Virus record (IMG/VR): IMGVR_UViG_3300000976_000010
Source: a virus
Length of the DNA: 64,000 nucleotides
Reading direction: 5' to 3' (one strand)
Part shown: positions 58,115-64,000 of the stretch, piece after piece
Numbering within the stretch: the first letter of the stretch is position 1
Layout of the letters: each line of letters starts with the position of its first letter
Notes under the pieces: generated by a model
Told to the model about the DNA's origin: nothing
What the model saw: only the letters and a program-made list of their open reading frames with translations
Databases searched by the model: none
Program-made: the position numbers and the translations under genes

Positions 58115-58168
58115 TATGTACCAATTCCCTTTTTAAACGTTTTTATTTGTATTAATTAATGGTACATA
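58115..58168. promoter_or_regulatory. Back-to-back GTACATA motifs for divergent operons
   Basis: Minus-strand copy at 58115-58121 (42 nt from ATG 58072); plus-strand copy at 58162-58168 (13 nt from ATG 58182). Confidence 0.55.
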
Positions 58169-58181
58169 ACAAAAAAAAACA

Positions 58182-58349
58182 ATGAAAAAAAGTATAAACA
58201 CAAAGGTGTTTCATCCTATACATGGAGTAGGTGTAATTAATACACAAATCTATGAATCTAAATTGGGAAGCGATAGTATAACTGTTTTATTTAAAGAGGG
58301 TAGCACAAGCGTTCCCAAAGCTGAACTAAGAATTCAGCTCTTATCATAA
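58182..58349 (+). CDS. 55-aa Tudor/SH3-like protein resembling the CarD/Mfd RID or UvrD C-terminal RNAP-binding domain (not in ORF track)
   Basis: MKKSINTKVFHPIHGVGVINTQIYESKLGSDSITVLFKEGSTSVPKAELRIQLLS; VxHPxHGxGxI and TVxFxxG motifs. Confidence 0.55.
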   Translation: MKKSINTKVFHPIHGVGVINTQIYESKLGSDSITVLFKEGSTSVPKAELRIQLLS

Positions 58350-58352
58350 AAA

Positions 58353-58715
58353 ATGTCCATGGCTAGAAATTCAAGTAAAAAATTAAACATTGACAAAGAG
58401 GAAATGTATAATGAGTTGGTCATTTCGATGTGGGAAGGCGAGCCAACAAACAGGCTTGTTAATATGTTTTATGACATGACCGAGGGTTTAGTGGGAAAGT
58501 TTAACTATGTCATAGAGGAGGATGCAAGGGATGCCCAAGCATTTGCAATGGAAGGGTTATTAAGTAGGTATCATAAGTTTGACTTCAATAAAAAGAATCC
58601 GTTCTCCTACTACACATCAACTATAATTAATTTAATTATTAACAATTATCCCAAATTGAAAAGGGATGGTGTTTCCATTGATGCTATATTAAGTGGAATG
58701 GACACGGAAAATTAA
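58353..58715 (+). CDS. Late-transcription sigma factor (T4 gp55-like)
   Basis: IDKEEMYNEL..., AMEGLLSRYHKFDFNKKNPFSYYTSTI matches the gp55 NFDxxKxxNPFAYFT region; C-terminal SIDAIL resembles the SLDFL clamp-binding motif. Confidence 0.75.
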   Translation: MSMARNSSKKLNIDKEEMYNELVISMWEGEPTNRLVNMFYDMTEGLVGKFNYVIEEDARDAQAFAMEGLLSRYHKFDFNKKNPFSYYTSTIINLIINNYPKLKRDGVSIDAILSGMDTEN

Positions 58716-58718
58716 AAC

Positions 58719-59609
58719 ATGGCTAAAAAAGACAAAGAGCTGAATGCCTTAGAAGGTATGCTCTCAAAAAATTTATCTAAAAGGAGTAAGCCCTCACCAT
58801 TAGGGTGGAAAAATGTGCCGTTATCAACTTTGCAGTATGAGGGAAAGTATTATCCCGAAGGGACAAAGATTGAAATAGCGGCCATGACAGCAAAAACTTT
58901 GAAGTGGATTGGTGGGATAGACCTCAATGATCCTGTTCAGTTGGCTAGGATGTGGAATTATGTAGTTTCCGAACACTCACGGATAATTGTTAATGGAAGC
59001 AGAAAGCCCATTAAGGGGTCGCATGTATTTGGATTTGATAGAAGCAGACTTCTTTTAATGATTCGGGAGTTAAACGAATTTGGGAATACATTACAATTTA
59101 AGACTAAATGTACTCACAAGGGCTGTGGTTCGACTCAAATGAATCCATTCACACCAAACATGACGAGTGTTACAAAAGATAGTCTTTCTAAATATTGGGA
59201 CGGATTAATTTTTACCATACCACAAAACGATAGTTTTGAAACAACTTGGTACTATAGTCCACCCACTATAGCAGAAGTTAATGAGGCTAGTGAGCTAATT
59301 ATACCAAAGGTAAGATCGGGTGATTTGTCGGTAGAAGAAACTACTTTCTTTGCCAATGTATTCGCTTTCTTACGGGCTTACCCGAATAAAGAAAACGAAT
59401 CCCTCAATACAATGAAAAACTATTATAGAAAATTCAAACTACTTAACGCGCGCGAAATAGAGGAACTTAATTTCCTAAAAAAGCATGTGTTGGACGGAAC
59501 CGAGGAGGGTACTGTTGAATGTAATGCCTGCTTTCAGAAATACAGCGCACGAGCTTTCCCAACCGATTGGTCGGATTTTGCCAAATCTGAAAGAGTCTTT
59601 GAATTGTAG
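58719..59609 (+). CDS. Baseplate hub/tail assembly chaperone (gp26-like)
   Basis: LLLMIREL..FKTKCTHKGCG and VECNAC zinc motifs, YSPPTI. Confidence 0.65.
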   Translation: MAKKDKELNALEGMLSKNLSKRSKPSPLGWKNVPLSTLQYEGKYYPEGTKIEIAAMTAKTLKWIGGIDLNDPVQLARMWNYVVSEHSRIIVNGSRKPIKGSHVFGFDRSRLLLMIRELNEFGNTLQFKTKCTHKGCGSTQMNPFTPNMTSVTKDSLSKYWDGLIFTIPQNDSFETTWYYSPPTIAEVNEASELIIPKVRSGDLSVEETTFFANVFAFLRAYPNKENESLNTMKNYYRKFKLLNAREIEELNFLKKHVLDGTEEGTVECNACFQKYSARAFPTDWSDFAKSERVFEL

Positions 59610-59619
59610 CCTAAGTGTT

Positions 59620-59853
59620 ATGGAATATCAAGTGATTCAATCCTTTAAGTCTGAAATAGATTTTGATTCACTTTGGCTTAGAATGAAAAGGGAGCAAAAT
59701 ATTAGCAAAGAAGAGTTTGACAATATGACCTTTAAGCAGTTGAGTTTATTCACAAAGGATTTGGAGGGTATATACAAACAAAGAAAGGCACAAAACAGAA
59801 AGCAGGAAGAAGCTATAGCAAAACAAAAAAGAAACTCACATAAGTATAAATAA
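59620..59853 (+). CDS. Baseplate hub assembly protein (gp51-like)
   Basis: LRMKREQNISKEEFDNMTFKQLSLF..LE followed by a coiled tail; directly after the gp26-like gene; start moved to ATG 59620. Confidence 0.55.
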   Translation: MEYQVIQSFKSEIDFDSLWLRMKREQNISKEEFDNMTFKQLSLFTKDLEGIYKQRKAQNRKQEEAIAKQKRNSHKYK

Positions 59854-59869
59854 TAAACCTTTATGTTCT

Positions 59870-59896
59870 AAAAGTACTCCACAATGGAGTACTTTT
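59870..59896 (+). terminator. Intrinsic terminator
   Basis: aaaagtactcc-acaat-ggagtactttt. Confidence 0.7.
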
Positions 59897-59910
59897 AGCG
59901 TTATAGGAAT

Positions 59911-60561
59911 ATGGAAGAAATACTAGGGAAAATAGCAACAGAATCACTAAATAAATTAGAAGGGTCATTTGATAGCTACAGAATACAACCGCATCAAAAT
60001 AATTTGAACATTAAATGTGCTAATCATATAAAATCCCCATCAAAGTTTTGGGCGGATGTTGGCATAGTTCAAACTATAAATCTAGCTATAGAAAAGTTTT
60101 TGGAAGACATTAGACTGTTTAAATTAAAACAGTCACAATACGGTGATTCGGTTTCTTCTTATAGCTTGAATAGCATGTTAGAACAAACTCTATTCAAGGT
60201 TGTGGCCGCAAAGGTAGCCGAAGGAATGGGAAATATTGACTCTGTACACAGTATATTACAAGAGATTAGAATGTACTCTGCTATGATTCTGAAAGATATT
60301 AACTTTGAAGATAATTATAAAAATTCTTTAGGAATTATAGCATACAAAGAACTCAATTATGGTTCTGCTTGGAAATTAGCACATCCCGAAACCATTATAG
60401 ACTTGATTTGTTCAAAGCTTAATCGTCACAAAGGAAAGGGTGTACATACCAAGAAAATGGAGATGGATATTCAAGACATTATAAACTATACAATTTACGC
60501 ACAAATTCTAATAGAAAGGGAAACCAATAAAAAATATGAAAGACAAGAAGATGAAATCTAG
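59911..60561 (+). CDS. DUF1599 (Nmad1, all-alpha NTP-pyrophosphatase-like) protein
   Basis: KELNYGSAWK..TIIDLICSKLNR..DIINYTIYA resembles the DUF1599 motif KNxDYGxAW..LxDxIxxKxxR..DxxNY. Confidence 0.65.
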   Translation: MEEILGKIATESLNKLEGSFDSYRIQPHQNNLNIKCANHIKSPSKFWADVGIVQTINLAIEKFLEDIRLFKLKQSQYGDSVSSYSLNSMLEQTLFKVVAAKVAEGMGNIDSVHSILQEIRMYSAMILKDINFEDNYKNSLGIIAYKELNYGSAWKLAHPETIIDLICSKLNRHKGKGVHTKKMEMDIQDIINYTIYAQILIERETNKKYERQEDEI

Positions 60562-61495
60562 CGTTGACTACAAATTTAAAGAATGTGTACAATTTATACT
60601 TAATTCGGAAGATAGTAGTTTGTCTGATGATAGGACGGGTACAGGCACACTTAAAAATCCGATTTTACCCCAAATGCTTTTTGATATGAGAGACGGCTTT
60701 CCGTTGTTGGGGTTAAAGAAAACATCATTCAGAAATGTATTCCACGAATTGAAATGGTTTATTTCGGGAGACACCAACATTAAATACCTTTTAAAGAACG
60801 ACTGTAATATATGGAATGCGAATGCTTATGACTACTACAAAAAACTATTTAAAGAATATGACGGTGCTTATATGAGCATGGAAGTTTTTTTAGAACTCGC
60901 TGTAATAGGTCAAAAAACCTCGCTAATACAACCAAATGGAAAGGAATATGTATTTGGGGATTTGGGGAATGTTTACGGAAAGCAGTGGAGAGGTGGACAT
61001 AACGACCAATTAGCAGATGCAATTAAGCTAATACGAAATAATCCCAACTCTAGAAGAATCATCGTAGATTCTTGGAATCCATCAGATATGAACAAAAGGG
61101 CATTGCCCCCTTGTCATGTTCTATTTCAATTTTTAGTTCATGGGATTGAAAATGAAAAACTATCAATTAATGTTTACATGCGTTCTAATGATATTATGAT
61201 TGGTGCTCCTTACAACATTGCTTCATACGCACTTCTATTGGAAATAGTTGCTGCTATAACAGGAAAGGAGGCTACATTTTTGAAGTATAATGTGGGAGAT
61301 GCACACATCTACAAAAACCATTTGGATTCCGCCAAATTAATTTTGAATAGAGAATGCAGCACAATGCCTAATTTAATTTTTAAAAATGGGCGCAAACAGT
61401 ACAATGATTGCTCAATTGAAGACTTTAATTTTGAGCATTTTAGCTTGGAGGGGTATAACCCACATCCAAGTATGAAATTAAAAATGTCCGTTTAG
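60536..61495 (+). CDS. thyA: Thymidylate synthase
   Basis: DRTGTGT, ELKWFISG, RRIIVDSWNP, LPPCH, RSND, YNIASY. Confidence 0.97.
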   Translation: MKDKKMKSSVDYKFKECVQFILNSEDSSLSDDRTGTGTLKNPILPQMLFDMRDGFPLLGLKKTSFRNVFHELKWFISGDTNIKYLLKNDCNIWNANAYDYYKKLFKEYDGAYMSMEVFLELAVIGQKTSLIQPNGKEYVFGDLGNVYGKQWRGGHNDQLADAIKLIRNNPNSRRIIVDSWNPSDMNKRALPPCHVLFQFLVHGIENEKLSINVYMRSNDIMIGAPYNIASYALLLEIVAAITGKEATFLKYNVGDAHIYKNHLDSAKLILNRECSTMPNLIFKNGRKQYNDCSIEDFNFEHFSLEGYNPHPSMKLKMSV

Positions 61496-61618
61496 AACTA
61501 ATAAATGGACACTTAAATGTTATTTTTAGGAAAAATTTGTTTATATTTATGATTCAAAGAAATAATACGCACTATTAATAGTGCTTTAACACAATTAATA
61601 TTAAAAAATAAATTTATT

Positions 61619-61831
61619 ATGGCACGATTTAAGAATCTATTGGATGGTATGTCTATTATGGCAAAATATATCGAAGATGATGAATCATCGGAAATTGAGG
61701 TTGAATCTTATGAAGCACACAGCACTATTAGTGTTGGAAAAACTGATTTAAAAATGTGCGATGTGGATTTAGAAAAATTGATAGGATTGGGGTGGGAACT
61801 TGACGAAGAAGGGTATTGGTTATTGTTTTAA
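61619..61831 (+). CDS. Small acidic hypothetical protein (paralogue of 62548-62748)
   Basis: MARFKNLLDGMSIMAKYI...LIGLGWELDEEGYW. Confidence 0.65.
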   Translation: MARFKNLLDGMSIMAKYIEDDESSEIEVESYEAHSTISVGKTDLKMCDVDLEKLIGLGWELDEEGYWLLF

Positions 61832-61846
61832 GTAAAAGTAGAAATA

Positions 61847-62155
61847 ATGAAAACTAAAAGAGAAAAATTCTTAGAACTTGTATCCGAAGACAAAAATAAT
61901 ACGGCAGAAAAAAATAGGGAACTAATTTCTAATAGGGGGATGTATAGGATTTCGGGTAGAATTGCATTTTGGGTATTAGAACGTATAGATGACTTGGGGT
62001 GGGATCAGGCAAAATTAGCACAAGAGATGAAGGTGAGTCCTGAGTTCGTTAATAAATTGGTCAGAGGGAAGGAAGATTTAAAGTTATCAACTATCGTAAA
62101 ACTCCAAGAAGTTCTTAATATTGAAATTTTTAACAAGTTTTATTTTTCTAGATAG
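61847..62155 (+). CDS. XRE-family HTH protein (HigA-like)
   Basis: WDQAKLAQEMKVSPEFVNKLVRGKEDLKLSTIVKLQEVL. Confidence 0.85.
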   Translation: MKTKREKFLELVSEDKNNTAEKNRELISNRGMYRISGRIAFWVLERIDDLGWDQAKLAQEMKVSPEFVNKLVRGKEDLKLSTIVKLQEVLNIEIFNKFYFSR

Positions 62156-62250
62156 TAGTTATTGTTTTAACTACATTAAATATATTAAAAATATGAAATA
62201 TACTTTCATCGTTAAAGACAATAAACGACTAAAAAAAATTACAGCAATTT

Positions 62251-62463
62251 ATGAGTAATAATATGCCAACAGCTAGATTTGTCAAGGAACCTCTTGAATT
62301 GTTTAAAGGTGACTATATGATTAAATTGGCTCTTAATAGTTCTGACGCGTTCGAGCTAAATAAACTAACTAATAAGTGGCACGAAGAAGATGGATTAGGC
62401 TCTAAAGCAAAAAATGAGGGGGGGATAAGTAATATCAAAAACTTTTTAAAGGCTATATTTTAA
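62251..62463 (+). CDS. Hypothetical protein
   Basis: 70-aa ORF. Confidence 0.55.
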   Translation: MSNNMPTARFVKEPLELFKGDYMIKLALNSSDAFELNKLTNKWHEEDGLGSKAKNEGGISNIKNFLKAIF

Positions 62464-62507
62464 AGTGTTAATCAGACTAAACCAAATAATGCCGTACAAA
62501 AAGGGTT

Positions 62508-62548
62508 AAAGAACCATGAAGGTAAAATTAATACCTTCATGGTTCTTT
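62508..62548. terminator. Bidirectional terminator
   Basis: aaagaaccatgaaggta-aaattaa-taccttcatggttcttt. Confidence 0.85.
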
Positions 62549-62748
62549 TAACAAATAGCCCAAATACCTTCATCTTCTAAATAGTACCACCCAAGTCTTT
62601 CCAACTCTAACTGATCTTCATAGGAAACTGTAATTTTTACAACAATTGTAGAATCGTCTTCATAAGTGCCAATATCTTTATATTCATAATTGGATATGTA
62701 TTTTTTGAATATTTTTAAACCTTCAAACGTTTTCCTAAATTCCGCCAT
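62548..62748 (-). CDS. Small hypothetical protein (paralogue of 61619-61831)
   Basis: MAEFRKTFEGLKIFKKYI...LERLGWYYLEDEGIW. Confidence 0.6.
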   Translation of the reverse strand: MAEFRKTFEGLKIFKKYISNYEYKDIGTYEDDSTIVVKITVSYEDQLELERLGWYYLEDEGIWAIC

Positions 62749-62776
62749 TATTCTTTTTTTAAGCAATCTTAATTAA

Positions 62777-63601
62777 TTATTTCCAATATGTTCTAGAATT
62801 AGCATTAGTGGTTTTGTAGTATTCCTTGGCCTCTTGAACCTTTTCTTTCCCATCGCTTTTAATCTCTTGCCAATTTATTGTAGCATCACCTGCTAATTTC
62901 AAATCAAACGTGCCGAATATACGAGCAGCACCGATCATACACTCCCCCATGACGTGTTCTCTGAAATAATAATCATCATATAAATTGGAAGGGTCTGTTT
63001 TGTACTGAACCCTTAGTGCAATATCGTGTGGAACGTCTCTAAATACAGTAAATTTTTTTGAAGAAGAATTGAAATTAAATGGGATGCCTGACTTGAACTT
63101 GTCTGTGTATGAGCTATGTTCATAAAGTGCTATTGTTGCATCCGAAACTGCGTAGTTGTTATACCTAGAATTATTCACCTCTACACCAAAGTTGCCCGAT
63201 GAAGATGCAAAGGAAGAAGCACTCAATAAAGGTATGTCAAGTATTCTAGATGATAGTGAATAATTCCCACCATTAACAAACTTTATCGAGTCCATTCCCA
63301 TAATGGAATTTGGTAAATATACATGGGAAGAAAGACCCCCATTCCCCTGTCTTGAATTCATTAGGTCTTGTCTTCTGATTACCACAACCGCATGTTCCAA
63401 AGACTTGAATTGATAATTATCATAACAATACCTACACACCTTGCGTATTTTATTTATTATTTTCTTAGCATCAATATCCAAAGAAAGTCCACAGTCTTCA
63501 TTAAGACTATAGGATATTTCACGTATAAATGCAGCATCAACCTCACGTATTGAAGGTAGCGGCCTTGAGTCGTAGTAGTCTTTAGGAGTTACCGTTGCCA
63601 T
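62777..63601 (-). CDS. Neck/head-tail adaptor protein (gp13-like)
   Basis: C-terminal FGTFDLKLAGDATINWQEIKSDGKEKVQE matches gp13 KFxGxxLPGGxTLNGxxI. Confidence 0.7.
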   Translation of the reverse strand: MATVTPKDYYDSRPLPSIREVDAAFIREISYSLNEDCGLSLDIDAKKIINKIRKVCRYCYDNYQFKSLEHAVVVIRRQDLMNSRQGNGGLSSHVYLPNSIMGMDSIKFVNGGNYSLSSRILDIPLLSASSFASSSGNFGVEVNNSRYNNYAVSDATIALYEHSSYTDKFKSGIPFNFNSSSKKFTVFRDVPHDIALRVQYKTDPSNLYDDYYFREHVMGECMIGAARIFGTFDLKLAGDATINWQEIKSDGKEKVQEAKEYYKTTNANSRTYWK

Positions 63602-63608
63602 TATAAAT

Positions 63609-64000
63609 TTATGTTAGTGAGAACAAAATTGTTCCATTTTCTTTAATGTAATCGCCCAATGGTTTTGGAAATTTGAATAGCCTCAACCCCTTGTATTTGT
63701 TTTTTGGGAAACCTCTAGATACAGGATATGGGTGTACTTGTGGGTAATCGGTGTTGTAAGCAATAACAGAAATGGGTCTGCCTCTATCTTGACTATATTT
63801 AATTCTATGCTCAAAATACTTCCTAAGTGCATCGCTCTTTTGATTAAGATAGCCACCTTTATAAACGATGGCATCATACGAACCTCCACTATAATCATCT
63901 TCTATTAAAACAACATCCCAATTCTTCCCCTTAATAGGAACTACTTTTAAATCGACACTTTCTGTTTTAGGGATGTGGTAATCTGTTATTCTATTCAGTT
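63609..64000 (-). CDS. Hypothetical protein, 5' end outside the window (true frame differs from the track ORF 63683-63898)
   Basis: Frame ...DVVLIEDDYSGGSYDAIVYKGG...GTILFSLT* is open from the window edge and stops 7 nt before the gp13-like ATG. Confidence 0.65.
   Translation of the reverse strand, partial: LNRITDYHIPKTESVDLKVVPIKGKNWDVVLIEDDYSGGSYDAIVYKGGYLNQKSDALRKYFEHRIKYSQDRGRPISVIAYNTDYPQVHPYPVSRGFPKNKYKGLRLFKFPKPLGDYIKENGTILFSLT

Noticed and set aside
59485-59853. Lambda G/GT-style programmed frameshift fusing the gp26-like and gp51-like ORFs
   Set aside because: The overlapping open frame is +1 relative to the upstream gene, no clear slippery heptamer was found, and a good ATG exists at 59620
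60536-61495. thyA as a dCMP hydroxymethylase (hmC DNA)
   Set aside because: It retains Asn in YNIASY (Asp in dCMP-specific enzymes), and the phage encodes ordinary C5 methyltransferases
63683-63898. Track ORF of 71 aa on the minus strand
   Set aside because: A different minus frame is open from the window edge to 63609 and abuts the gp13-like gene, so it is the better gene model
1-64000. Stop-codon reassignment (TAG or TGA recoding) to explain the interrupted genes
   Set aside because: Core genes are intact in code 11 and end in TAA, TAG and TGA; the broken genes also carry frameshifts and mixed stop types

Overview
64 kb segment of an AT-rich (roughly 30-33% GC by eye) jumbo myophage with distantly T4-like core genes. 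The host is most likely a Bacteroidota member: TTTG-N19/20-TAnnTTT(G/A) promoters, A-rich leaders without Shine-Dalgarno sites, and Bacteroidota-type nrdAB, DUF1599 and HTH genes. The window holds dispersed morphogenesis modules (terminase-sheath-tube, portal-protease/scaffold-major capsid, gp13/gp14/gp15-, gp2-, gp26/gp51-like genes, tail fibre), replication and nucleotide genes (UvsW-like helicase, putative clamp, C-terminal half of a split family B polymerase, nrdA, nrdB, thyA), an amidase endolysin, one tRNA(CAT) and a frameshifted TnpB element. Accessory islands carry DNA methyltransferases, a solo DUF262 gene and several decaying genes. Two things stand out. (1) A six-copy leucine-rich-repeat (LRR) gene family at three loci, undergoing birth-and-death evolution and 69-bp module shuffling. 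(2) A candidate late-transcription system: a recurrent GTACATA promoter motif, a gp55-like sigma factor and an unannotated 55-aa CarD/UvrD-Tudor-like protein directly upstream of it. All product calls come from motif recognition by eye; no database searches were run.
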